Assembly (NCBI RefSeq): GCF_963921235.1
Contig: NC_086097.1
Span: 109,308,001-109,372,000 of the forward strand
Length of the DNA: 64,000 bases
Direction: 5' to 3'
Source of the DNA: Mobula hypostoma
Taxonomy: Eukaryota
Shown here: piece by piece, positions 1-13,286 of the stretch
How the letters are laid out: each line of letters starts with the position of its first letter
Position numbering within the stretch: position 1 is the stretch's first letter
Made by a program: the position numbers and the translations under genes
Notes under the pieces: generated by a model
Seen by the model: the letters and a program-made list of their open reading frames with translations, nothing else
What the model was told of the DNA's origin: nothing
Databases searched by the model: none

Positions 1-2590
1 GTTGTAAATCTCCTCTGCACCTTTTCTATGGTTTTCGCATCCTTCCTATAGTGAGGCAACCAGAATTGACCACAGTACTCCAGGTAGGGTCTGAGCAAGG
101 TCCTATATAGCTGCAATGTTATCTCTCAGGTCTTAAACTCAATCCCATGATTGATGAAAGCCAATGCACCGTATGCCTTCTTAACCACACAGTCAACCTG
201 CACATCAGCTTTGAGTGTCCTATGGACTCAGATCCCAAGATCCCTCTGATCCTCCACATTGCCAAGAGTCTTACCATTAATGCTATATTCTGCCGTCATA
301 TTTGACCTACCAAAATGAACCACCTCATACTTATCTGGGTTGAACTCCATCTGCCACTTCTCTGCCCAGTTTTTCATCCTATCAATGTCCTGCTGTAACC
401 TCTGACAGCCTTCCACACTATCCACAACACCCCCAACCTTTGTGTCATCAGCAAATTTTCTAACCCATCCCTCCACTTCCTCATCCAGGTCATTTATAAA
501 AATCACAAAGAGTAGGGGTCCCAGAACCGATCCCTGAGGCACACCACTGGTCACTGGCGTCCATGCAGAATATGACCCGTCTACAACCACTCTTTGCCTT
601 CTGTGGGCAAGCCAGCACTGGATCCACAAAGCAATGTCGCTTTGGATCACATGCCTCCTTACTGTCTCAATAAGCCTTGCATGGGTTACCTTATCAAATG
701 CCTTGCTAACATCCATATACACTACATCTACGGCTCTACCTTCATCAATGTATTTAATCACATCCTCAAAAAATTCAATCAGGCTCATAAGGCACAAACT
801 GCCTTTGACAAAGTCATGCTAACTATTCCGAAATACATATTAAGCCTCTCCAAATGTTCATAAATCCTGCCTCTCAAGATCTTCTCCATCAACTTACCAA
901 GCACTGAATTAAGACTCACTGGCCTAAAACTTCCTGGGCTATCCCTACTCCCTTTCTTGAATAAGGGAAAATATCCGCAAACCTCCAATCCTCCAGAACC
1001 TCTCCCGTCCTCATTGATAATGCAAAGATGATTGCCAAAGGCTCAGCAATCTCCTCCCTTGCTTCCCACAGTAGCCTGGGGTACATCCCATCTGGTCCCA
1101 GTGACTTATCCAACTTGATGCTTTCCAAAACCTCCAGCATATCCTCTTTATTATCTACATTCTCAAGCTTTTCAGTCCACTGCAAGTCATCCCTACAATC
1201 GCCAAGTCATCCCTACAATCCATAGTGAATACTGAGGCAAAGTATTCATTAAGTACCTCTGCTATTTCCTCCGGTTGCACACACACTTTTCCGTTGTCAC
1301 ACTTGATTGGTCTTATTCTCTCACGTCTTATCCACTTGCTCTTCACATACTTGTAGAATTTCTTGGGGTTTTCCTTAATCCTGTCCGCCAAGGCCTTCTC
1401 ATGGCCCCTTCTGGCTCTCCTAATTTTATTCTTAAGCTCCTTCCTGCTAGCCTTATAATCTTCTAGATTCATATCATGACCTAGTTTTTTAATCCTTTCA
1501 TAAGCTCTTCTTTTCTTCTTGACTAGATTTACAACAGCCTTTGTACACCACAGATCTTGTATCCTACCATTCTTTCCATGTCTCATCGGAACATACCTAC
1601 TCAGAACCCCACGCAAATATCCCCTGAACATTTGCCACATTTCTTACGTACATTTCCCTGAGAATATCTGTTTACAATTTATGCTTCCAAGTTCCTGCCT
1701 GATAGCCTCATAGTTCCCCTTACTCCAATTAAACCTTTGCCTAACTTGTCTGTTCCTATCCCTCTCCAATGAGATAGAATTGTGATCACTATCTCCAAAA
1801 TGCTCTCCCACTGAGAGACCTGATACCTGACCAGGTTCATTTCCCAATACCAGATCAAGTACAGCCTCTCCTCTTGTAAGCTTATCTACATAATGTGTCA
1901 AGGAACCTTCCTGAACACAACTAACAAACTCTACCCCATCTAAACCCCTCACTCTAGGGAGATGCCAATCAATATTTGGGAAATTAAAATCTCCCACCAC
2001 AACAACCCTGTTATGATTACTCCTTTCCAGAATCTGTCTCCCTATCTGCACCTCAATGTCCCTGTTACTATTGGGTGGTCTATAAAAACACCCAGTAGAG
2101 TTATTGACCCCTTCCTATTCCTAACTTCCACCCACAGAGACTCCGTAGACAACCCCTCCATGACTTCCTCCTTTTCTGCAGCCGTGACACTATCTCTGAT
2201 CAACAGTGCCACGCCCCCATCCCTTTTGCCTCCCTCCCTTTTCTTTCTGAAACATCTAAAGCCTGGCACTTGAAGTAGTTATTCCTGCCCCTGCACCATC
2301 CAAGTCTCTGTAATGGCCACAACATCATAACTCCAAGTGCTGATCCACGCTCCAAGCTTATCCGCTTTATTCATGATAGTCCTCGTATTAAAATAGACAC
2401 TCCTCAAATCATCGGACTTAGTGTGTCCCTTCTGTATCACCTGCCTCTCCTCCCTTTTTCACTGTCTCCAAACTTTCTCTATTTGTGAGCCAGCCTCCCT
2501 TTCCTCCATCACTTTAGTTCGGTTCCCACCCACCAGCAATTCTCGTTTAAATTCTCCCCAATAGCCTTAGCAAACCTTCCCGCCAGGATA
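1..2590 (-). mobile_element. CR1 LINE, degenerate ORF2 (APE endonuclease to RT), running off the window start
   Basis: Successive minus-strand ORFs: GGVALLIR/ESLWVE and VVVGDFNFPNIDW (EN), KENPKKFYKY, KSLGPDGMYPR, DVVYMD.SKAFDKV, GVPQGSVLGPLLF, KFADDTK (RT); several frameshifts. Confidence 0.95.
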
Positions 2591-2599
2591 TTCATTGCC

Positions 2600-2960
2600 C
2601 AGTCTAGCTCCCATATCACCTCTCCTCATCTCCTTACCTGCCTGTCCCTTTCTGCTGCTACCCCTCCTCCTTCTCTTTTTCCCATGATCCACTCTCTTCC
2701 CCTATCGGATTCCTCCTTCTCCAGCCCTTTACCTTCTGCACCTCTCACCTCCCTGCTTCTTGCTTTCTGCCCCACCCACCTGGCTTCACCGATCACCTCC
2801 TAGCTTGTACGGTTTTCCTTCACCCACCTTCTTATTCTGGTTTCTTCACCCTTCCTTTTCAGTCCTGATCAAGGGTCATGGCCAAAAATGTCAACTGTTT
2901 ACTCATTTCCATAGCTGCTATCTGAACTGCTGAGTTCTTCCAGCATTCTATATGTGTTGC
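2600..2960 (+). mobile_element. Penelope-like element 3' fragment with degenerate hammerhead
   Basis: Pyrimidine-rich tract, then AGTCCTGATCAAGGG...AAAATGTCAACTG and the CCATAG.TGCT...TGCTGAGTTC tail shared with the GIY-YIG-bearing copy at 30465-31327. Confidence 0.8.
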
Positions 2961-4485
2961 AATTGTCTATGCTCACCATGTTAGCCTAGATACTACCCTG
3001 AGCACTTCACTACTGCACTACTGAGAATATCTAGTAGTACTCTTTGCTCCAACTGGCCAAATGAAAGCTTTCACAGGATCTCTCTGCAGTGAGACGTGAG
3101 GCGAAACAATGCTGGATTCTCATCAGCTTCCCAATATTGCAGCCAGAGGAATATGTAAGGGAACATAACAAGGTCTTTTCACAATAGAGCTATGAGTATT
3201 GCATTCCATTGACACCTTCATTCCTGGAAACATCTGAAAAGATAATGGAGATTATTTTGTTTTTGCTTCAGTGCTCTACATTGACAATATAGCCATTATA
3301 CCCTCAGTACTAATCAACAGGCACCGAACCTGGGCCTCTGTACCTCAATCTGCCACTGGATCCATGACTTCCTCATCAGCGGCCACAGTGAGTGCAGATC
3401 AGAAATAACATCTCCTCACTGACAATCAACAGTGTGCTTCAAGGATGTGTGCTTAGACCACTGCTCTAGTCTCTCTGCACCCACAACTGTGTGGCGAGGC
3501 ACAGCTCAAAAACCATCTAATATGACTACTATTGTTGGCGGAATTTCAGATGGTAAATAGGAGGCATACAGGAGAGAGATAGATCATCTGGTAGAGGTAT
3601 GTCACAACAACAGCCTTGCACTCAATGACAGTAAGACCAAGGAAGTGGTTGTGGACTTCAGAAAGGGGAAGTCACGGGAACACACACCAGTCCTCATCGA
3701 GGGATCAGCAGTGGAAAGGATGGACAGTTTCAAGTTCCTGGGTGTCAACATCTCTGAAGAACTAACTTTGGCCCAGCATATTGATGCAATTACAAAGTAG
3801 ACATGACAGTGGCCATATTTCATTCGAAGTTTGATGAGATTTTGTATGTCACCAAAGACTAGCAAACATCTACAGCTATGCCGTGGAGAGCATTCTAACT
3901 GGTTTCATCACTGTCTGTTATGGAAGGGCTACTATACAGAATCAGAAAATGCTGCAGAAATTTGTAAACTCAGCCAGCTTCATTATGGGCACTAGTCTCT
4001 CCAGCATCAAGGACAATGCCTGAAACCGGCTGCATCTATCATTAAGGACCCCCATCAACCAGTACATGCCCACTTCTCATTGATACCATCAAGGAAGAGG
4101 TACAGGAGCATGAAGATGCACAATCAGCATTTTAGGAACAGCTTCTTCCCCTCTGCCATCAGATTTCTGAATAGACAATGAACCCACGAACACTACCTCA
4201 CTCTTATTCTGCTCTCATTTTGCACTATATCTTTAATTTATTTCTTTTAATACAGTGGATTCCAGTTAATTAGGAAATCAGTTAATCAAGAACAAAACAC
4301 TTAAAGAACAAATCGAGAAAACTAGTTGAGAAACTAGCCACAATTCCCTTTCTTATTTGGGACGCTATGCTGCTTAACTGGGGCAGGAGGCTTCTGCTGA
4401 ATGGTTTCTCACTGCTGTCATATGCCTGTATTTGTGTGCCCATTAGACCCTAGACTGTATTTAAAGCAAACAGTTTTTAAATAGC

Positions 4486-6880
4486 AAACAAGAGAACATC
4501 TGCAGATGCTGGAAATCCGAGCAACACACACAAAATGTTGGAGGAACTCAGAAGGCCTGGCAGCATCTATGGAAAAAAGTACAGTTGATGTTTCAGACTG
4601 AAACCTTTCAGCAGGACTGGAGAAAAAGAAATTGAGGGGTAGATTTAAAAGGCAGGGGAGGGGAGAGAGAAACACAAGGTGAGAGGCGAAACCGGGAGGG
4701 GGAGGGGTGAAATAAAGAGCTGGGAAGTTGATTGGTGAAAGAGATACAGGGCTGGAGAAGGGGGAGTCTGACAGGAGAAAACAGAGGGTCATGGAAGAAA
4801 GAAAAGTGGGGCAGGAGCATCAGAGAGAGGCAATGGGCAGACAAGGAGATACGGTGAGAGAGGGAAAAGGAGATGCGGAATGGTGAAGGGGTGGGCATTA
4901 CCAGAAGTTCAAGAAATCGATGATCATGACATCAGGTTGGAGGCTACCCAGATAGAATATAAGATATTGTTCCTTCAACCTGAGTGTAGCCTCATCATGA
5001 CAGTAGAGGAGGCTGTGAATTGACATACAGCTACGTCCGGAGGACTGGAAGATTGCAAATGTCACTTCGCTATTTAAGAATGGGGCAAGGAAACAAAAAG
5101 GAAATTATAGACCTGTTAGCTTGACATCGGTGGTTGGGAAGTTGTTGGAGTCGATTGTCAAGGATGAGGTTACAGAGTGGATTCCTTAAAGGAAAATCCT
5201 GCCTACCAGTAGGCTAGACAAGGGAGATGCAGTGGATGTTATATATTTGGATTTTCAGAAGGCCTTTGACAAGGTGCCACACATGAGGCTACTTAACAAG
5301 GTAAGAGCCCATGGAATTATGGGAAAGTTACATACGTGGATAGAGCGTTGGCTGATTGGCAGGAAACAGAGAGTGGGAATAAAGGGATCCTATTCTGGTT
5401 GGCTGCCGGTTACCAATGGTGTTCCACGGTCCGTGTTGGGGCCGCTTCTTTTTACGTTGTACATCAACGATTTGGATTATGGAATAGATGGCTTTGTGGC
5501 TAAGTTTGCTGATGATATGAAGATAGGTGGAGGGGCTGGTAGTGCTGAGGAAACGGAGAGTCTGCAGAGAGACTTGGATAGATTGGAAGAATGGGCAAAG
5601 AAGTGGCAAATGAAATACAATGCTGGAAGTGTATGGTTATGCACTTTGGCAGAAGAAATAAACGGCCAGACTATTATTTAAATGGGGAAAGAATTCAAAG
5701 TTCTGAGATGCAACGGGACTTGGGAGTCCTCGTACAGGATACCCTTAAGGTTAACCCCCAGGTTGAGTCGGTGGTGAAGACGGTGAATGCAATGTTGGCA
5801 TTCATTTCTAGAGGAATAGAGTATAGGAGCAGGGATGTGATGTTGAGGCTCTATAAGGCACTGGTGAGACCTCACTTGGAGTACTGTGGGCAGTTTTGGT
5901 CTCCTTATTTAAGAAAGGATGTGCTGACATTGGAGAGGGTACACAGAAGATTCACTAGAATGATTCCGGGAATGAGAGGGTTAACATATGAGGAACATTT
6001 GTCCGCTCTTGGACTGTATTCCTTGGAGTTTAGAAGAATGAGGGGAGACCTCATAAAAACATTTTGAATGTTGAAAAGCAGGGACAGAGTGGATGTAGCA
6101 AAGTTGTTTCCCATGATGGGGGAGTCTAGTACGAGAGGGCATGACTTAAGGATTGTAGGGCGCCCATTCAGAACAGAAATGCGAAGAAATTTTTTTAGTC
6201 AGAGGGTGGTGAATCTATGGAATTTACTGCCACGGGCAGCTGTGGAGGCCAAGTCATTGGGTGTATTTAAGGCAGAGATTGCTAGGTATCTGAGTAGCCA
6301 GGGCATCAAAGGTTATGGTGAGAAGGCAGGGGAGTGGGACTAAATGGGAGAATGGATCAGCTCATGATAAAATGGCGGAGCAGACTCGATAGGCTGAATG
6401 GCCGGCTTCTGCTCCTTTGTCTTATTGTCTTATGGTCTTATGGTCTTATATCAAAATGGGAATGGGAAGTGGAATTAAAATAGGTGGCCACTGGGAGATC
6501 CCACTTCTTCTGGTGGACGGAGTGTAGGTGCTCGGCAAAATGGTCTCCCAATTTACATAGGGCCTCTCTGATATGCAGGAGGCCACAACAGACACAGTAT
6601 ATGACCCCAACAGACTCACAGGTAAAGTGTTGTCTCACCTGAAAGGACCATTTGGGGCCCTGAATGGTAATAAGGGAGGAGGTGTAGGGACAGGTGTAGC
6701 ACTTGTTCTGCTTGCAAGGATAGGTGCTGGGAGGGAGATCAGTGGGGAGGGATGAATGGACCAGGGAGTTGTGTAGGGAATGATCCCTGTGGAAAGCAGA
6801 AAGTGGGGGGAGGGAAAGATGTGCTTGGTGGTGGGATCCCATTGGAGGTGGATGCAGTTCTGGAGAATTATGTACTGGAC
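4486..6880 (-). mobile_element. Penelope-like element 3' part (GIY-YIG remnant plus terminus), split by a CR1
   Basis: ORF 6438-6842 contains C.TCPY...RQHFTCESVGVIYC...HFAEHL...VATYFNS (GIY-YIG). The sequence continues at 5027-4486 with a hammerhead-like motif at 4581-4620. Confidence 0.88.
5028..6447 (+). mobile_element. CR1 LINE, 5'-truncated (RT to 3' tail)
   Basis: DVIYLDFQKAFDKVPH, KFADD, LVRPHLEYC, RRMRGDL, FFSQRVVNLWN; (TCTTATGG)n tail. Confidence 0.95.
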
Positions 6881-7989
6881 AAAATGAAATAGTTTTGGAA
6901 TGGTGTCAATTGCATGTGCTTCTGTTCAAAAAGCAATGATTTTTGTCGCTGATAGTTGATGAGAAATAAGCAATAAGACAATTAGGAACTGTTTTGCTCA
7001 TTGTGGTTTCAAACATTCAGGCTTGGAGATGCTGGGAGTGAAAATGAAATGATTTCACTACTTCAATAAGTTAGGAACTATGAGGAATTTGAAAGTATCA
7101 ACAATAATCCTGATTGGTACAATAAGTGAAGATTTGGAGGATGCAATTGTACGAAAGCAGTCCATTATGTACACTAGGAGTCTGCTTATTTGGTTAATTT
7201 ATAGACAATCAAAAGAACATGACAGAATACAGTGGATGAATTCCTTCATTGAGAGCTATTAGGGACCAGAAAACTACTTTATAGTAATGTAGTAGTATTG
7301 GTAGTGTTCTAGTTTGTACTGTATTTCATTCAAATACATAATTTGTTACTCAGTTAAACAATACTTTGTATTTTATACCTTTTCAGCTATTTCCATGAAT
7401 CTTCAGCTAATTGAGGCAACTACTTAATTAGGCCAAAATGTACTGGTCCTGATGTGTCCTAATTAACTGGAATCCACTGTATATATTTCTTATTGTAAAT
7501 TACCATGTTTTTATTACGCATTGCACTATACAGCTGCCACAAAATAACAAATTCCATGACATTCGCCAGTGATATTAAACCTGATTCTGATTCTGGAGAA
7601 ATTGGAAAGGTATCTTTCTTTTTCTTCATGGTATATTTTGTCCCTTTATTTTTCACTTCTATCTAATTTCCAATCCATTTACCAAATACAAAATTACCAG
7701 AGGTCCCCAAGCTCATGGAGATGGATAAATCTCCAAAACCAGTCCAAGTACATCCTCAGACCTTGTGGGAAGCTGGAGAGGAAATTGTGGAGGCCCATCC
7801 AGAGATAGTTCGAAGTAAATTTATTATCAAAGTACATCTATGTTACCATATACAACCCTGAAATTTATTTCTTAATGGGCATATGCATATATCGAATAGT
7901 GACTATAACAAAATCAAAATGAAAACCTGTCTAACTAGGTTGTTCAACCAGGGTGCAGAAGATAACAAACTGTGTAAATACAAATATAT

Positions 7990-10310
7990 AGGCCTCCAAA
8001 TAGTAGCCAAGATATGGAGTTAAGATTGCAAAGGCAGCTGGAAATGGCTTGTCATAAGGGCAATGACACAATTGTATGGGGGACTTCAATATGCACGGGG
8101 ATTGGGAAAATCGGGTTGGTGTCAGACCGCAAGAGAGAGAATTTGTTGAGTGCCTACAAGATGAGTTTTTAGAGCAGCTTGTGCTTGAGCCTCCTCAGGG
8201 AAAGGTTATCTTAGATTGGGTGTTGTGTAATAATACAGGTCTTATTAGGGAGCTTAACATAAAGGAACATTTAGGTGACATTGATCACAAAATGATTGAA
8301 TTCATACTGCAATGTTAAATGCAAAACTCACATGTATGAGTATCACAATGGAATAAAGGGAATTACAGAGGCATGAGAGAGGAGCTTGCCCAGGTGGATT
8401 GGAGGAGGATTTTGGCATGGACGATGCCAGAGCAGATATGGCTGATATTTCTTGGAATTGTTCATAATAGTTCACAGGATAGACATGTCCCACAGAAAAA
8501 GAAGTTCTCAAATGGCAGGGGTAGGCAACCATGGCTGACAAAGGAAGTTAAGGACTGCATAAAAGCTAAGGAAAGGGCATATAAGGTAGCAAAAGTGAGT
8601 GGGAAGTTGGATGATTGAGAAACTTTTAAAACCCAACTAAAAATGCTATAAGAAGGGAAAAGATGAAATATGAGGGCAGACTAGCCAATATATAAAGCAG
8701 AATACCAAAAGCTTTTTCAGTTATGTAAAGAGTAAAAGAGGGGTGAGGGTTGATATTGGACCACTGGAAAATGATGCTGGTGAGGTAGTAATGAAGGACA
8801 AAGAAATATCAGATGAACTTAATGGGTACTTTGCATCTGTCTTCACTGTGGAAGACACTACCAGTGTGCCAGAGGTCCGTGAGTGTCAGGGAGCAGGAAT
8901 GAGTGCCATTGCTATTACAAAGGGAAAAGTGCTAGGCAAAATCAAAGGTCTTAAGGTGGATAAGTCACCTGGACCAGATGGACTACATCCCAGAGTCCTG
9001 AGAGAGGTTGCTGAAGAGATAACAGATGCATTGGTCATGACCTTCCAAGAATCACTTGATTCTGGTATGGTCCTGGAGGACTGGAAGATTGCAAATGTCA
9101 CTCCACTAATTAAGAAGGGAGGAAGGCAAAACAAAGGAGATTATTGGTCAATTAGCCTAACCTTAGTGGCTGGAAAAGTGTTGGAGTCTATTATTAAGAT
9201 TTTGAGGTACTTGGAGACTAATGATAAATAAGTCAAAGTCAACATGATTTTTGTAATGGGAAATCTTGCCTGACAAACCTGTTAGAGTTCTTCGATGAAG
9301 TAACAAGCAGGGTGGACAAAGGAGAAGCTGTGGATGTCATTTACTTGGATTTTCAGAAGGCATTTGAAATGTCAGACATGAGGCTGCTAAACAAGATAAA
9401 TTCCTATGGCATTACAGGAAAGATACTGGCTTGGATAGCAGAATGGCTGATAGGAAGGAGACAGCGAATGGGAATAAAAGGGGCTTTTCTGGTTGGCTGC
9501 CGGTGACTAGTGGTATTCCTCAGGGGTCAGTATTGGGACTGCTGCTTTTCTCATTGTTTGTCAATGATTTAATAATGGAATTGATGGCTTTGTGGTAAAG
9601 ATGATATGAAGATAGGTGGAGGGGTAGGTAGTGCTGAAGATGCAATACGATTGCAGCAGGACAGATGAATTAGAAGAATGGGCAGAAAAGTGGCAGATGG
9701 GTTACAGTGTTAAGAAATATATGATAATGCATTTTGGTGAAAGAAACAATAGTATGGACTATTATCTAAATGGGGAAAAGGTTCAAACATCAGAGGTGCA
9801 GAAGGACTTGGGAGTTCACGTACAAGACTCCCAGAAAGTTAATTTACAGTTTGAGTCTGTGGTAAAGAAGGCAAATGTGATGTTGGAATTTATTTCAAGG
9901 GGAATAGAATGTAAAAGCAAGAAGATAGTGCTGAGCTTCTTTAAGCCTCTATAAGACACTAGTCAGGCCTTGCTTGGAGTATTGTCAACAGTTTTGGGCC
10001 CCATATCTCAGAAAGGATGTGTTGTCATTGGAGAGATCCTTTAGAACAGAGGTAAGGAGGAATTATTTTAACCAGAGAGAAGTAAATCGGTGGAATGCTC
10101 TGCTACAGATTGCGTGGGAGGCCAAGTCTATGGGTATATTTAAGGTGGAAATTGATCTTTTCCTGATTGGTCAGAGCATCAAAAGATATGATGAGAAGGC
10201 AGGTGAATGGGGTTGACTGGGATCTGGGATCAGCCATGATGAAATGGCAGAGCAGACTCAATAGACTGAATGGCCTAATTCTGCTCCTATGTCTTATGGT
10301 CTTATGGTCT
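7990..10310 (+). mobile_element. CR1 LINE, degenerate EN-RT to 3' tail
   Basis: MGDFN, KSPGPDGLHPRVL, DVIYLDFQKAF; TCTTATGG tail near 10290-10310. Confidence 0.93.
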
Positions 10311-10384
10311 AAATATGAATAGAAAGGCAATAAATATTGCGAATATGAGAGGAAGAGTCCTTGAAAGTGAATTGATTGGTTGTG

Positions 10385-11030
10385 GAAAAATTTCAATGAT
10401 GGGGCAAGTGAAGTGAGTGAAGTTATTCCCTTTTGTTCAAGAGCTTGATGGTTGAGGGGTAGTAGCTGTTCCTAGACCTGATGGTATGAGACTTAAGGCT
10501 CTTTCTTGTACCTTCTTCCAGAGGGCAGTAGTGAGAAGACAGAGTCCTTGGTGGTGGGGATCCCTGATGATAGTTGCTGCTTTCCTACAACAGTATTTCA
10601 CATAGATGTGCTAAATGGCAGGGAGGGCTTTAATCCATGATGGGCTTACTGCATCCATTACTTTTTGGAGGAACTTCCATTCAAGGGCATTGGTGTTTCC
10701 ATACCAGCCTGCCAGTATACTCTCCACTACACATCTGTAGAAGCTTGTCAGAGTTTTAGATGTCATGCTGAATTTCTGCAATCTCCTAAGGAATTAGAGG
10801 CACTGTCGTGCTTTCTTTGAAATCGCACTTATGTGCTTGGTCCAGGACAGGTCCTCTGAAACAGTAATACCCAGAAATTAAAGATGCTACCCCTCTCCAC
10901 CTCTGATCCTCCAGTGAGGGCTGGCTCAAGGACCTCTGGTAACCCACTCCGGCAGTCTTTAATCAGTTCCTTGGTCTTGCTGACTTTGAGTGAGAGGGTG
11001 TTATGAGAGCACTCATCCAGACATTTTCTT
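10385..11030 (-). mobile_element. Rex1/Babar-like LINE fragment
   Basis: Reverse complement resembles the 3' RT region of 56594-57500 (AAGACCAAGGAACTG, ATCATCAGGGATCCCCACCACC, AGGAACAGCTACTACCCCTC). Confidence 0.7.
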
Positions 11031-11297
11031 CATCTTTAGTCACAGGTAAGATCCTGACCTGGAGTGTAGCTAATTTTATTAAGCACAGCAAAGACAAGCC
11101 AGGGAACTACAGTGAGCAAGAGACCGCTGGTGGGTAGGTTACTGGAGGGCATTTTGAGGGACATTATCTATCAACATTTGGAGAGACAAGGACTGATTAG
11201 GGATAGTCAGCATAGATTTGTATGTGCGAAGTCATGTCTCACAAATTTGTTAGAATTTATTAAGAGGTAACCAATCAACGAGGGTAGTGGGCTAGAT

Positions 11298-13056
11298 AGA
11301 GTCATAGAACACTATAACATGAAACCAGATCCTTTGGCCCACCTACTCTGTACTTCTACATCTCATCGACCTGTACTAGCACTATACCCTCCATACCCCT
11401 CCCATCCATGAACATATCTAAATGTTGAATTAGACCCTGCATTCACCACTTGCACTGGCAGCTCGTTCCACACTCTCACCACCTTATCACAGGTCTCCAG
11501 TCAGAGAGGCAACCCCCTACAACCACTCACTGGCTTCTTCTACAAAACTAATGTCTAATCCAATTTATTACCTCATCTTGAATGCCTAGCAACTGGTCCT
11601 TTTTGACCAACCTCCCATGCAAGACCTTGTCAAAGGCCTTGCTAAGGTTCATGTAGATAACATTCACTGCCTTGCCTTCATCAACTTTCTTGGCACTTTC
11701 TTGAAAAATTCTATAAAATTGTTTAGACACAACTTAGCACACACAAAGCTATGTTGACTATCCCTAATCAGTCCCTGTCTATCCAAATACTTGTATATCT
11801 GGTCTCTTAGAATACCTCCAATAACTTTCCCACTACTCAGTGAAGCTCACTGGTCCATAATTTCCTGGCTTATTCTTAAATAATGGAACATCTCCAGCAC
11901 CTCATCCTTGACTAAGAATATTTTAAATACCTCTGCAGTTTCTGCACTGGCCTCCCACAGGGTCTTAGGGAACACCTTGTCAAGCCCTGGGGATCTATCC
12001 ACCTTAATTCGCTTCAAGACAACAAACACATCCTCTTCTGTAATTTGTATAGGGTCCATGACCTCCCTGCTGTTTTGCCTCACATCTATAGACTCTGCGT
12101 CCATCTCCCAAGTAAACACAGATGCAAAAAAATCAATTTAAGGTTTCCCCAATCTCTTTTGGATTACCATTCAGATCTTCCCCAGGACCAATTTTGTCCC
12201 TTGCAATCCTTTTGCTCTTAACATATCTGTCGAATCCCTTAGGATTCTCCATCACCCTGTCGGTTACTAGAGCAACCTCATGCCTTCTTTTAGCCCTCCT
12301 GATTTCTTTCATAAGTGTTCTCTTGCATTTGTCATAGTCCTCAAGTACCTCATTTGTTCCTACGTACCTATACCTGCTGTGCACCTCCTGTTTTTCCTTA
12401 ACCAGGGCTTTAATATCTCTCGAAAACCAAGGTTTCCTAAACCTGTTATCCTTGCCTTTTTTCTGACAGGCACATACCAGCTTTGTACTCTCAAAATTTC
12501 ACTTTTGAAGTCCTCTCACAAGTATACCTTTGCCAGAAAACAACCTGTCCCAATCCAGACTTGCTAGGTCCATCCTGACACCTTCAAAATTGGCCTTTCT
12601 CCAATTTAGAATCTCAACGTGAGGAGAAGACCTATCCTTTTTCATAATTACCTTCAAACTATTGGTATTATGATCAATAGATGCAAAGTGCTCCCCCCTC
12701 AGGATTTTCTGTCACCACCCTGTCTCATTCTCTCTCTCTCTCTCCGGTTGGGACTCTTATGCACTCATTAAGAAAACTTCCCTGAACACATTTGGCAAAT
12801 TCTTTCCCATCCAGCCCTTTTACAGTACGAAAGACCCTATCAATACATGACAAGCTAAAATCTCATACTATTACAACTTCATGTTCTTGCAACAGTCTGA
12901 ATGTGATCCCTCTACAGGTTTGCTCCTCCAAGTCCTGCAGACCGTTGTGCAGTGTATAATATTAAAATGGGCATAACTTTCATACTTCTCAGTTCTACCC
13001 ATAAAGCCTCTCCAGTCTGTTCTGATGAGCACTACCATGACTAGTAATGCCACCTC
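11298..13056 (-). mobile_element. CR1 LINE, internally deleted
   Basis: ORFs KVDEGKAV.VIYM..SKAFDKV, VDRSPGLDKVFP, KEIRRAKRRHE..ENPKGF; 3' end near 11300. Confidence 0.85.
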
Positions 13057-13286
13057 TGTAGCTGTTCACTATAGAGAATTTGGCAAGGCCTTTGACAAGG
13101 TACTGCATGGTAGACTGCATGGTTAGATCAAAGAAGAACTAGCTAGGTCGATATCTCATTGGTTTGATGGTGGGAAGCAGAGGATGAAGGTTGTTTTTCA
13201 GACTGGTAGCCTGTCACTAGTGGTGTGCCCTGGTGATCAGTGCTGGAGGTATCGTTGTTCATCATTTATATAAATTATTTAGATGA

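Larger units (their letters stand above)
4253..7479 (+). mobile_element. Tigger/pogo-like DNA transposon (non-autonomous), with nested insertions
   Basis: Perfect 23-bp TIRs CAGTGGATTCCAGTTAATTAGGA (4253-4275, 7457-7479), TA on both sides, and a KTIRNCFAHCGF transposase C-terminal remnant near 6975. Confidence 0.92.
3312..7595 (+). mobile_element. Rex1/Babar-like LINE 3' part, interrupted at 4253-7479
   Basis: RT remnant (QGCVL.PLL, KTKEVVVDFRK, FKFLGVNISE). The 3' UTR resumes after 7481 and ends in ATTAAACCTGATTCTGATTCTG like the copy ending near 57725. Confidence 0.85.

Noticed and set aside
1183..1220. 18-bp direct duplication inside the CR1
   Set aside because: Local slippage or repair scar in a dead element.
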